Origin: Naegleria gruberi
Taxonomy: Eukaryota
Assembly (NCBI GenBank): GCA_000004985.1
Contig: GG738904.1
Direction: 5' to 3' (one strand)
Length of the DNA: 64,000 bases
The notes beneath the pieces were generated by a model. The model did not search any database. It was given only the letters and a program-made list of their open reading frames with translations, and was not told the origin of the DNA. Below are positions 1 to 9,604 of the stretch, in pieces. The position numbers were made by a program, and so were the translations under genes. Every line of letters starts with the position of its first letter. Within the stretch, counting starts at the first letter, position 1.

Positions 1-650
1 ATTTTAACATTTCCTTCTTTGGAAATTCTAACCTTAATCCAAGTACAATTTGGAACATGCCAATCATAACCAGCCTTAAAATCCAAATGATATAATATAG
101 TACCAATAACTCCTGCATGTGTTGAGAATAATACAGTTTCGCCAACATTCTTATGAAATACTTGATTTTGGACGAAATTCATTAATCTTGCATAAACTTC
201 AGTATGACATTCCGCTTTAGGATCACATTTGAATGAGAGAAATTCGTCTTTGGAATTCCAAGTGTGATGAAAATCTTCCTCAATTTCTCTAATTTCCTCA
301 AATGATTTTCCTTCCCAATGAGACATGAATTTCTCTCTCAATAGTTCAGTTTCTAATATCGGAATGTGTTGATGAGGAGTGTCTTTCAAGGCAATTTCAA
401 CTGTTTTTCTGGCACGTAACATGTCTGAACAGTAAACTGCAGAAAAGGGTTTCGTAACCTTTCGGAAAGTTTCGCATAACTCTTGAGCTTGCATTTCACC
501 CAACTCATTGAGTGGAATGTCATTATGACCTTGTAACTTTCTTTCTAAATTCCAATTCGTCTGTCCATGACGAATCAAATACACATCCAACATTTCCATT
601 TTGCTATTATTCGAATCTTGCATTTCACCTCCTTCTTGATGATTTAACAT
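1..650 (-). CDS. Histidine phosphatase superfamily (phosphoglycerate mutase-like) protein, 5' portion; gene runs off the left edge
   Basis: Minus-strand translation from ATG at 650-648 gives MLNHQEGGEMQDSNNSKMEMLDVYLIRHGQTNWN...FSTHAGVIGTILYHL with no stop down to base 1. LIRHGQTNWN is the RHG catalytic motif of the PGAM/histidine-phosphatase family. Not in the ORF track because it has no stop inside the window. Confidence 0.55.
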   Translation of the reverse strand, partial: MLNHQEGGEMQDSNNSKMEMLDVYLIRHGQTNWNLERKLQGHNDIPLNELGEMQAQELCETFRKVTKPFSAVYCSDMLRARKTVEIALKDTPHQHIPILETELLREKFMSHWEGKSFEEIREIEEDFHHTWNSKDEFLSFKCDPKAECHTEVYARLMNFVQNQVFHKNVGETVLFSTHAGVIGTILYHLDFKAGYDWHVPNCTWIKVRISKEGNVK

Positions 651-781
651 TTTTTTTTTGATTTGTTTTTTTTTGAAATAGACTTGGAATGCATTTTGAA
701 CTTGTTTTGAGGTAGGGACCTCTCTCTTAGATAACACTTAGTGTAAATAAAAATAGAATTCTCTTAAGGGGAACAATAGAA

Positions 782-1717
782 ATGAAAATGGCGGGAAGAA
801 TCTACTCAATTTCAAGTAAGACTTTATTGAATAAACTAATTGTAATATTATTAGAAACTATTCTTCTGCAACCCAACGTCCAAGCAGAAATCATAATTCA
901 AACTGCCAAAGAACAAGGAAAGAGTATCGACTCTCTCCAGCACATTATTGAACAACAGGGAAATCTTGAACTGAAAATGAAAGATCTTCTTGGAAAGCAA
1001 GAATTAAATATTGGAAATTTGGAAGAATTCTTTCAATTTTTAACGAATATGTGTGGATTGAATAATACAGGTCAAGATTTAGACGAAACAATTAGTTGTG
1101 ATTCTGATAAAGCTGTGGTACGAACAAGAAAGAGATCGACAGCAACAATTATCAAACCCTCTGATCATGAAAAGGTGAAAATGAATTTAAAGTCAACTCA
1201 AGTTGGAAAACAATTTGCAGAGCAAAAGTTTCAACATGCTTTGGAATTTATTCGAAATCTGGATCGGGATCTCAAACTAAAGACATTAGAGTTACAAAAA
1301 CTTCAGGAAGAAACTGCCTTTAAACAATCACTAGAATATACAGCTAACAAAACAAGGGACGAAACTGAACTTTCCCAAGATTTCTTAAAAATTAGGAGTT
1401 TCGTCTATAGTTTGGGAATTGAGTTTGCCAAGGCAGTTACCAAAAACAAGGATCGAATCAATGAAATTACTCTCGATTACTACAACAAAATTCCTTCAGA
1501 GTTGAGGAATTCCATTGAAAAGTCTGAAAATATTGATGAATTAATAGACGAACCACTATTCGAAACTCGTTACGTTAATTGGTTGATTGCTGAATCTGAG
1601 CCAAACGGAAGAATGAACGTTTACTATTGTACTGTCAGTTTATTGGAACAGAAAGTTTGTAGAACAGCAAGAAGAAACACAAAAGTCAACATCAAGCCAA
1701 CCTGTCAATTAGAATGA
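782..1717 (+). CDS. Hypothetical coiled-coil protein (311 aa)
   Basis: Long ATG-initiated ORF with a heptad-rich, charged, Q/E/K-rich sequence. No recognisable domain. Confidence 0.4.
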   Translation: MKMAGRIYSISSKTLLNKLIVILLETILLQPNVQAEIIIQTAKEQGKSIDSLQHIIEQQGNLELKMKDLLGKQELNIGNLEEFFQFLTNMCGLNNTGQDLDETISCDSDKAVVRTRKRSTATIIKPSDHEKVKMNLKSTQVGKQFAEQKFQHALEFIRNLDRDLKLKTLELQKLQEETAFKQSLEYTANKTRDETELSQDFLKIRSFVYSLGIEFAKAVTKNKDRINEITLDYYNKIPSELRNSIEKSENIDELIDEPLFETRYVNWLIAESEPNGRMNVYYCTVSLLEQKVCRTARRNTKVNIKPTCQLE

Positions 1718-1749
1718 CATTTCATTTGACAATCTGACATGAAATAAAA

Positions 1750-2400
1750 ATGAACGATTTTGGTTCTATACGTGATGCACTAGTGAGTCTTCTCTATGAA
1801 TATGCCTTGTTGAAAGGTAAAACAAACTTGACCATGGTTCAGATTTCAAAATCACTTCGAGAGAATCAATATAATGTAGAGAGAGTAAAACAAATTTTCG
1901 AATTAGATAATGGAAACCTTTCGAAAAATAACGGTCCAAATGAACGAGTTGCCAATTTCCTTCTCAATATTGACAAGACAGAGCAGGAAGAGAATTTGAC
2001 ACTGCATCAAATTCAACTTGAATATCAAGAGAGATTGAAAGATGCAGAAGAGAAGGATAAAGAAATCATCGAACTTCAAACAAGATTAGTCAACGCAAGT
2101 GCTCTCATTGATCAAATGAAACAACAACAAGGCGAAATGCATCAAGTTTCGAATGAGAAACAGAACCTATTAGATCAAGAAACCCAACAAATCCAAAGAA
2201 TTCAACAATTGAGAGAGAAAATGCACGATCTTTCCACTGTGAATGGCATGGATGATTTTGGAATTTGTGAGTGTTCGAATTGGTGTAAATTTCTGGTGTG
2301 TTCTTCCTTCTCGTTGATCATCCTTGCGTGTTGCTTGTTGTTGATTGTGATTTTAGTAATTGTTGGTTTGGCTCTTTATAAACGATTTGAAATGATTTGA
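1750..2400 (+). CDS. Hypothetical coiled-coil protein with C-terminal transmembrane tail (tail-anchored type)
   Basis: ORF starts at ATG only 32 bp after the stop of the previous ORF. The central region is Q/E-rich coiled coil, followed by a C-terminal hydrophobic stretch CSSFSLIILACCLLLIVILVIVGLALY. Confidence 0.4.
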   Translation: MNDFGSIRDALVSLLYEYALLKGKTNLTMVQISKSLRENQYNVERVKQIFELDNGNLSKNNGPNERVANFLLNIDKTEQEENLTLHQIQLEYQERLKDAEEKDKEIIELQTRLVNASALIDQMKQQQGEMHQVSNEKQNLLDQETQQIQRIQQLREKMHDLSTVNGMDDFGICECSNWCKFLVCSSFSLIILACCLLLIVILVIVGLALYKRFEMI

Positions 2401-2450
2401 AATAATTTTAATATAATTATTAGAAATGTTTGGCAAACTATTTATTAAAT

Positions 2451-2756
2451 TCACTTTTTTAAATCAGAAATGAGAATTGTCAAGACAAATAGTAATCCAG
2501 TTAGTAGGAGAGCAAGACAAAAACAGCCAACAATTAGGAGGCATACACTAATGCTAATACAATATTTGTTACAACAGATTCTTTTGACCAACTTTCGAAT
2601 AATCAAACTAAAGAATGCATCATCACTTTGAGAGAGAAATCGAGAAAAGAGGGAATGTGGATGATCATCCACGAGTGGATTTTCCTCCTTTCTAACAAGA
2701 CATGATGGCTCTTCCTCACTATCAGAAGCACAGAACGTGTATTCATCATTCGTCAT
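2451..2756 (-). CDS. Small hypothetical tail-anchored membrane protein (101 aa)
   Basis: ORF with an acidic N-terminus and a single C-terminal hydrophobic segment. Convergent with the previous gene. Weak support. Confidence 0.25.
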   Translation of the reverse strand: MTNDEYTFCASDSEEEPSCLVRKEENPLVDDHPHSLFSRFLSQSDDAFFSLIIRKLVKRICCNKYCISISVCLLIVGCFCLALLLTGLLFVLTILISDLKK

Positions 2757-2773
2757 TTTCTTATTTTTGAATC

Positions 2774-3316
2774 TTGATCAAAAAAATGTCACAAACCAAA
2801 TTCTCATCCTACTTTGCCATCACTCGCAAAGTCATCTGTTACATTGTCTTGAGTATTTACAGTCTAGCTTGTCTTTCCACTTGTGGTTTAAATATTGGAT
2901 GTGCTGTCACTTTTCCAAGAGATTGTGAATTCCAATTCTCTGTCAGATTGGACATTGTCATTTCAGTTTTTGCTTTTATTAACTTTCTCTCAAGTGTTGC
3001 CGTCTTGATTGTTCAGATCATTCACGACTCACAAAAGATGGGTCCCATCACCATTGTCCGACTCAGAATCGTATTATACTTGTGCACAACCTTGATGTTC
3101 ATGTTTACTGGAATGTGTTTATTATTGGATCCAGTGTCAATTTCCTTTGAGGATTTGTATACTGGATCGTGTCAGAGAGGTGAAACTAATGTGGATATTA
3201 ATGCTGCTGCCATTGCTTTGGATTGTCTTGCATTTGTTTCATTGTTTTGTTTTGTTTTTATTTATGGATTTGAGTTTGTGAATGGAGCACAAGAAAAAAC
3301 CAATCTTTCGCAATAG
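2774..3316 (+). CDS. Hypothetical multi-pass membrane protein (180 aa)
   Basis: ATG ORF with four or five hydrophobic segments. No family recognised. Confidence 0.35.
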   Translation: MIKKMSQTKFSSYFAITRKVICYIVLSIYSLACLSTCGLNIGCAVTFPRDCEFQFSVRLDIVISVFAFINFLSSVAVLIVQIIHDSQKMGPITIVRLRIVLYLCTTLMFMFTGMCLLLDPVSISFEDLYTGSCQRGETNVDINAAAIALDCLAFVSLFCFVFIYGFEFVNGAQEKTNLSQ

Positions 3317-3447
3317 ATGGAAGATTTCAGATAGATTGAAATGAAAATAAATCGACGCATGTTTCTTCTGGAATAGATTATTTTATTGGAAACTAAAAAA
3401 TAATTAAAAAAAATGGAAAGCTTTCAATGGGTCAGTAATAATACACA

Positions 3448-5985
3448 ATGTTGAATATTAATTTCTCATCATTGTCACAGTCCGATAAAAATTATATTCT
3501 CGAGCAAATTAAATGGAATGATTGTTCGTGTTTGGAGAAAGTAAACGAAACTTTAAAGAAGGACCGAGAATTCGTTTTGGAAACTATTAAAAAACATGGA
3601 TCAGCACTCGAATATGCCGATGAATCCCTCAAGCAAGATAGAGAATTTATATTGACAGCTGTCAAAACGAATGGAAATTCATTTCGTTACATTGATGAAA
3701 AATTTAAAAAAGATCGAGAAATTGTTTTGGAGGGATTTAAAGAAAATTTATCTGCACTTGAATATGCTGATAAATCATTGAAAAAAGATCGAGATTTCAT
3801 GTTGACAGCTGTCAAACAAAATGGACTAGCTCTTCAACATGCGGATAAATTATTAAAAAAGGATCGGAAAATAGTATTGGAAGCTGTTAAGGAAAAGGCA
3901 TATGCTTTTAAATATGCCAATAAATCATTTACAAAGGATAGAGAATTTATGTTGGAGGCAATTGAATCAAATCCGTATGCATTTGGAAATGCCAATGTTT
4001 CGTTTAAAAAGGATCGACAATTCATGTTGGATGCTGTGAAGAGAAATGGACTAGCTCTTCACTATTATCAAGATGATTTATTTAGGAAAGATAGAGAAAT
4101 TGTATTGGAGGCAGTTAAAACAAATGGGAAAATACTCAAACATCTCAGCGAATCATTTAGGAAGGATCGAGAAGTGGTGTTTCAAGCTTTTCAGAATTGG
4201 AAAAAAGCACTGAAATATGCGAGTGCATCACTCAGGAATGACAAACTCTTTCTCTATTGGATTTCCAAGCATGATTTGAATACAGCTCGAGAATATTCAC
4301 CACACCTCGTTCAAATCATTGAGAATCACAGCAAATTGCAGACTAAACTGTCAACGAATATTATTGACATTTACTCGAAAAGTTTCAGTGATGAAAATGA
4401 ATTGTATTACTGTTTGGAGTTGCCTAAGAATAATCCAAAATCAAAGAGTACACTTTTCAATCTCAATCCAACCTATTCTACTGTATTCATTGAAAAATTA
4501 GTGATATTTCAAATATGGAAACGATTGACTGAATCAACAATTGATATTTTCTATTTGGAATCTCCAAATTACTATTTATTTTGTTTCAGATTGGAGAAAT
4601 TTTTAGAGGAAAATAGTACTCAACCAATTGGTTTGAAGGATTTGAAGAGAGTTGTGGAAACTATTTCATCCAAATTCGAAACATCACATTATAACAAGAA
4701 GGAAACCAGTCAGATACTTTACTTTTTTACAAAATGGACAGAAAGCGAGAAGACATTCAACAATTACAAACAAATATTATCAAAATATAATGAGCTACAT
4801 GGAGACTTGTCTAAAATATTCAGAGCTATGAATCAGTATTACAATTATTTCAGTAATGATTATGATTTTATTTCGATATTGGGACATGGAGGTGAAGGAG
4901 TGGTATTAAAGGTATTCCATAAATCGAGTAGGTCACTTAGAGCTGTTAAATTCAAATATAACACCGAGGAAAGCGAAGAATCTGGGAATGAATTACTGAA
5001 ATTATTGAGACGAAAAGATTTGACTGGAAAGATCAATTACTTTGATTGTGGAATGATACATAATCACCTCTATTCTGTCATGGAATTGGGCGAGGAATCT
5101 CTGGCAGATTACATATCGAGGAATTTTGAAATTTACATGAATCGAACTGCAAAATCTAAAGACAAACTGATAGAAATTCTTCAAATATTTATCAAAGTAT
5201 TGGAATCAGTCAAGTCCATACATGATCACAACATTTTACACAGAGATTTGGATCCACAAAATATTGTCAAAATTCAAGATGAGTACAAGATTATTGATTT
5301 TGAAACTTCAAAGGTTATCAAGACAGGAAACTCAATCACCATTGCTCGTGGAAAATATTCATACATGTCACCTGAAGTGTCACATGACAGTTACACAGAT
5401 GACATGTTAAAAAATGGTGATGAAATGAAACTAGCTCATAATATTGGAAACATTACAATTTCATGCGATTTATTCTCATTGGGATGTATTCTCTTAAAAT
5501 TACTAACCAATGTTCCATTACAATTGGATGAGCAATTTATTCATGATTCGGATATTTCAAAATATAATGATAATTTTACCTATTTTAATGTGTATGGAAA
5601 GTACTTCTTCACTGTCGTGACGACATCTGAAGGAGAAATGAAACTACACTATGCCATTGAAAAATTAATCAATAGCTCAATTATGGAGGAGTATGGAGTG
5701 AATCATTTATTGATTCGATGTATCATTACAATGATTCAAAGAGATTCTTCCAAGAGATTATCTTGTCGTGTGCATAAAACTACACTGGAGAGTGTGGTCA
5801 AGTTTTTGAAAGGAGAAAGCAAAGAATTGAAGGAGATTACTGATTATAAGGAAATTATATCACTGAAAAGCTATTCTCAATTGATTGAGGAAAATAAGAA
5901 ACTAAACGAAAATCAGAAAGCATTGGAGGAGAAGATTAAAATCTTGGAAGAGGAAATAAGGAAATGGAAACTAAATAGTCAATAA
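3448..5985 (+). CDS. DUF4116-like repeat protein fused to a divergent Ser/Thr protein kinase domain (845 aa)
   Basis: N-terminal half has at least seven ~37-aa repeats with consensus KKDREFVLEAVKxNGxALxYA (DUF4116-like). The C-terminal half has kinase subdomains: GHGGEGVV (Gly loop), RAVKF (VAIK lysine), HRDLDPQN (catalytic loop with K->D), DFE in place of DFG, YMSPE (APE). It ends in a coiled coil. Confidence 0.7.
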   Translation: MLNINFSSLSQSDKNYILEQIKWNDCSCLEKVNETLKKDREFVLETIKKHGSALEYADESLKQDREFILTAVKTNGNSFRYIDEKFKKDREIVLEGFKENLSALEYADKSLKKDRDFMLTAVKQNGLALQHADKLLKKDRKIVLEAVKEKAYAFKYANKSFTKDREFMLEAIESNPYAFGNANVSFKKDRQFMLDAVKRNGLALHYYQDDLFRKDREIVLEAVKTNGKILKHLSESFRKDREVVFQAFQNWKKALKYASASLRNDKLFLYWISKHDLNTAREYSPHLVQIIENHSKLQTKLSTNIIDIYSKSFSDENELYYCLELPKNNPKSKSTLFNLNPTYSTVFIEKLVIFQIWKRLTESTIDIFYLESPNYYLFCFRLEKFLEENSTQPIGLKDLKRVVETISSKFETSHYNKKETSQILYFFTKWTESEKTFNNYKQILSKYNELHGDLSKIFRAMNQYYNYFSNDYDFISILGHGGEGVVLKVFHKSSRSLRAVKFKYNTEESEESGNELLKLLRRKDLTGKINYFDCGMIHNHLYSVMELGEESLADYISRNFEIYMNRTAKSKDKLIEILQIFIKVLESVKSIHDHNILHRDLDPQNIVKIQDEYKIIDFETSKVIKTGNSITIARGKYSYMSPEVSHDSYTDDMLKNGDEMKLAHNIGNITISCDLFSLGCILLKLLTNVPLQLDEQFIHDSDISKYNDNFTYFNVYGKYFFTVVTTSEGEMKLHYAIEKLINSSIMEEYGVNHLLIRCIITMIQRDSSKRLSCRVHKTTLESVVKFLKGESKELKEITDYKEIISLKSYSQLIEENKKLNENQKALEEKIKILEEEIRKWKLNSQ

Positions 5986-6277
5986 GATTATAATATTTTC
6001 AAATTCCTTTAAACTTCAAAAAAGAGAAATTCCCTTAAAAATATCATTTTCTTAATCTTGATTCAAACCTTTTAAAACTTTCGAATATTTCACTAACATT
6101 ATCATGTTTAATACTTGGATTCTCATACGTTGTTTGGTAATTCCTCATATTTGAACCTATTTTAAACATAGCCTACTTTAACCAGTTATTTCAATTTGTT
6201 CTCAAATTACAAAAAATAACACAATCATAAACAAGAATTACAACAATTAGTATCAAGTTTGGATTTTGATTTGAAAA

Positions 6278-6880
6278 ATGTTAATAAAATCAGATATTTT
6301 AATAAAAGATGAAGGATATTGGAAACAAGATGAAAAAACCATCGAATCAATTACTGGAAAACGATTCAGAACAATTTACGAAATTCTAAGTGAAGAGGTG
6401 GATTTAAATTTGGATAATTATAATAGTGATCGACATATTTTGAGATCAAGAGTTGAAACCTTATATGAAAAGGCAGAGAATAAGGCAATGCCTTTGTGTT
6501 TCGTATTGGTAAACATTATTCGATACATTAAACAGTTGAATATTCTGGTTTGGGGAGACAAAACAAACCCCATCAAGCAACTAACATTCCTCTCCATGTT
6601 TGGAATCCCATCTGATGTGAGTGGAGTTACTCGAATCGAGGCAATTGATTCTGACAAGTGCAAAGTTTCACAAAATAGTTTCGTCTTGGAGGTACTATCC
6701 ACAAAGGTGATCAACAACTACAACATATACACCAATAGGCTTGTTAATCACCCAATATGTGAGAACTGGTACGATGGAATCAAAGTGAACAATTACACAT
6801 TTGTTGATTTGACATGTGAAGATTTTTATGTGGCATACAAGAAATCAATTCCTAAACTCATTTGCACCGTTCTATGGTGA
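6278..6880 (+). CDS. Hypothetical protein (200 aa); member of a small paralogous family with a second, disrupted copy at 27721-28311
   Basis: Intact ATG ORF. About 90% nucleotide identity to the inverted copy at 27721-28311. No known domain. Confidence 0.45.
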   Translation: MLIKSDILIKDEGYWKQDEKTIESITGKRFRTIYEILSEEVDLNLDNYNSDRHILRSRVETLYEKAENKAMPLCFVLVNIIRYIKQLNILVWGDKTNPIKQLTFLSMFGIPSDVSGVTRIEAIDSDKCKVSQNSFVLEVLSTKVINNYNIYTNRLVNHPICENWYDGIKVNNYTFVDLTCEDFYVAYKKSIPKLICTVLW

Positions 6881-7129
6881 GATAATCAACAACAATCATT
6901 CCTGGATTTCCATGGAATCAGTTTCTTATTTAGAATTCAGTTGCCCATTGATGATTTTAAAATAATTTATTGAACGTGTTGAAAATTGTTGATTATTTTT
7001 AACAAATCTGTTTTAACGTATTTGCTAAAGCCTTAATAATTCATCGCGAACTACTGCTAGTTTAAGAATTAATTTTTTAATTTTTATAAAAATTGATAAA
7101 GAGAATCATCAATTCATCATAATGGAAGA

Positions 7130-8365
7130 TTAATATTGACGTTCCACAGTTTGAATGCTCTTCCACAATGAACCCATCTGATTTCGTGATAATTGAAGGA
7201 AACCAATTCCAACTTGTTTCAGTGGTTTCATTTTACTAATGTAAATTAATCCTTCATCATTAATTCCATTGTAACTGACATCGAGATAGGTCAATTGATT
7301 CATTTTGTTGATGAACGTTAATGCTAGATTGTCAATTGCACTTCCACTGATATTAAGGAAGGTCAACTGGTCCAATTGACTCAATAATTCAACTATTTCA
7401 TTATTAATACCATTATAAGAAATATCTAGAAGTTGTAATTGTTTCAATTTGATAATATTCTTAGCTCCTGAATTACCAATTTTAGTATTGCAAATGTACA
7501 GATGTGTTAATTGAGTCATTTCACAAATATGTTTAACACCAGTTTCTCCAAGTTTAGTATACGAATCGCTCAATTGTTTCAACTGTTTCATTCCACTTAT
7601 AAACTTAGCTCCTTTAGATCCTATCTGATTATTATTAATTACTAAAACAGTCAATTCATCCAAATTACTGATATATTCAGCTGATTTATCACTAATCAAA
7701 TTCGAATAAATATTTAATGTCTTTAACTGCTTGAATGAACTAATTAATTTGACTTGTTCATCAGTAGTTTCATTACCTGTAATACAAAGATACGTCAATT
7801 TACTCAATTGACTCAAATATTCAACTCCCTCATATGTAATATTATTTTTTGAGCCAATTGAAAGTTTGGTCAACTGGCTCAATTTACTTAAATAATATAG
7901 ACTTTCATTTCCAAAATTATTGTAAGAATCAACATGAATATCGGTTAAATTATTCAATCCTGCAAGATATTTAGCTCCTTTCGAATCAATGGTTTCACTA
8001 CTTAAATAAACTTTCGTTAATTTTTTCATAGATTCGAATATTTCACAATCGAATCGATTCGGAAGTCTAAACTTGTCAAAAACTTGCAGATTTTCCACAT
8101 TTTCCAAAAATTGACCTTTCAATTTCGTATCTTTTCTAATTGTTAACGAATGTTTAATTCCATTTCGAATAACATTAAACCATTGTTTAGAAACTAGGGC
8201 GCATTTCATCACTAAAAATTTAAAATCATCATGAAAAGATAAAATTTCAAATAATTCGTCATTACTGAATAAAAATACTTTTTTAAACGGATCTTGTTTG
8301 GAATGAGAAAAGTCAACATTGCTATTAGAAACTGGTGGAAAATTGTTGTTGATCATATCACTCAT
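7130..8365 (-). CDS. F-box / leucine-rich repeat (ribonuclease-inhibitor type) protein
   Basis: N-terminal F-box-like segment LFEILSFHDDFKFLVMKCALVSKQWFNVI, followed by about eleven 24-28 aa LRR_RI repeats (LTxLxIxxNxIGxxGAKxI). Paralogous to 57143-58354. Confidence 0.7.
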   Translation of the reverse strand: MSDMINNNFPPVSNSNVDFSHSKQDPFKKVFLFSNDELFEILSFHDDFKFLVMKCALVSKQWFNVIRNGIKHSLTIRKDTKLKGQFLENVENLQVFDKFRLPNRFDCEIFESMKKLTKVYLSSETIDSKGAKYLAGLNNLTDIHVDSYNNFGNESLYYLSKLSQLTKLSIGSKNNITYEGVEYLSQLSKLTYLCITGNETTDEQVKLISSFKQLKTLNIYSNLISDKSAEYISNLDELTVLVINNNQIGSKGAKFISGMKQLKQLSDSYTKLGETGVKHICEMTQLTHLYICNTKIGNSGAKNIIKLKQLQLLDISYNGINNEIVELLSQLDQLTFLNISGSAIDNLALTFINKMNQLTYLDVSYNGINDEGLIYISKMKPLKQVGIGFLQLSRNQMGSLWKSIQTVERQY

Positions 8366-8440
8366 TTTTTTTACATTAATTTACAATGTCAATTGTTATT
8401 AATAATGGATAAGAATTTATTATCAGAAAACAAGATGAAA

Positions 8441-9604
8441 TCATTCAATGAATTCATCATCTTCAACATCCTCAAAATATTCGTCATCATCTTCAACATT
8501 CTCATCAACTTCATCCTCATCATCATCATCATCCTCATCCTCATACTCATCACCTACAACAATGCCTCTATCCATGAGTCTTAATTGGATTTTCAATCTG
8601 TTGTCTGTTGCTATTTTTAATCCCAACTCTTCAGCTCTTGTGAATAATTCGAGAGCTCTCTCTAGATCTTCATACTCGTCTCTATTGGTATAGAACTTTC
8701 CTAAATCATTCATAGCACCTGGATCACCTTGATTAACTGCCTTCTCAAGCCAAAATCTATTCTTTTCTTTATCTTCATAACCAGGTTCAAAATGGAACAA
8801 GACTGCCAGGTTAATTTGAGCTCGTACATATCCTTGTTGTGCAGATCTGGTTGTCCACTTGAATGCTTTTCTAATATTCTTTTCAGTTCCAACACCATTT
8901 GCATAAAAGCTCCCAATTTTATATTGAGATTTCATAATTCCATGTTTTGCTGATTTTTTGAACCACCTGAATGCTTCTTTGTGCTCTTTCCTCTTTTCAA
9001 ACACCCTTCCAATGGTGTGGTGGGATGGCAAATGTCCCAATTCAGCAGCTTTCAAATGAAAATCAAATCCTTGAGATTTCTGATTGTGTGAATAAAGGGT
9101 AGTACCTGCTTTGTAAAGGAACAGAGGATTGGAGGAAGAGTTTGCAATTTCTACAAATAAATTGACTAGATCCTGATAATTTTCCACAATAATGCGTGGT
9201 AGTGCGAATTCAGTCAAGCTGGAAAGGAATGATGCTTTTCGTAAAACCTCACTGAAAGTGCCAAAATCAATCCGGTTTCCCTTCAATTCCAGTGTAACCA
9301 AGCTATTGAAATATTTACAAGAAAATACACGTTGTAAATCATGTATTGGAAGGTCACAATTATTAAGGTCCAATTGCGAAACTCCTTGCATTGCACTACT
9401 ACTACACATATCCTCAATACTAAAAGAATCAGTTTTTAACACTTCGATCCGTACCCATGGAAATGCATAGAAAACGTGATGAAAAGATTTGGCCACCAAT
9501 TGGAAACTCAAAATTTGAAATTTGTACTGAAAATTCTCAAGGAAAGACCGAATATAAAAAGCAATATCAGGTGGGATGTAGGTTCTTGCATGGTTGGTGA
9601 CCAT
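8441..9604 (-). CDS. Sel1-like repeat (SLR/TPR-like) protein with N-terminal F-box-like/LRR region and poly-acidic C-terminal tail
   Basis: Several Sel1-type repeats (AxxWFKKSAKHGIMKSQYKIGSFYANGVGTEKNIRKAFKWTTRSAQQGY...). The C-terminal tail is D/E-rich, encoded by the (GAT/GAA)n tract at 8448-8570. Confidence 0.6.
   Translation of the reverse strand: MVTNHARTYIPPDIAFYIRSFLENFQYKFQILSFQLVAKSFHHVFYAFPWVRIEVLKTDSFSIEDMCSSSAMQGVSQLDLNNCDLPIHDLQRVFSCKYFNSLVTLELKGNRIDFGTFSEVLRKASFLSSLTEFALPRIIVENYQDLVNLFVEIANSSSNPLFLYKAGTTLYSHNQKSQGFDFHLKAAELGHLPSHHTIGRVFEKRKEHKEAFRWFKKSAKHGIMKSQYKIGSFYANGVGTEKNIRKAFKWTTRSAQQGYVRAQINLAVLFHFEPGYEDKEKNRFWLEKAVNQGDPGAMNDLGKFYTNRDEYEDLERALELFTRAEELGLKIATDNRLKIQLRLMDRGIVVGDEYEDEDDDDDEDEVDENVEDDDEYFEDVEDDEFIE

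Noticed and set aside
6418-6717. 99-aa minus-strand ORF inside gene 6278-6880 (and similar antisense ORFs such as 3834-4025, 18786-19073 and 22268-22642)
   Set aside because: Fully nested antisense to well-supported longer ORFs, with no motifs and composition typical of chance frames in AT-rich DNA.
8448-8693. Plus-strand 81-aa poly-Ser ORF (MNSSSSTSSKYSSSSS...)
   Set aside because: It is the antisense reading of the (GAT/GAA)n tract that encodes the poly-Asp/Glu tail of the minus-strand gene 8441-9604. Typical low-complexity mirror ORF.
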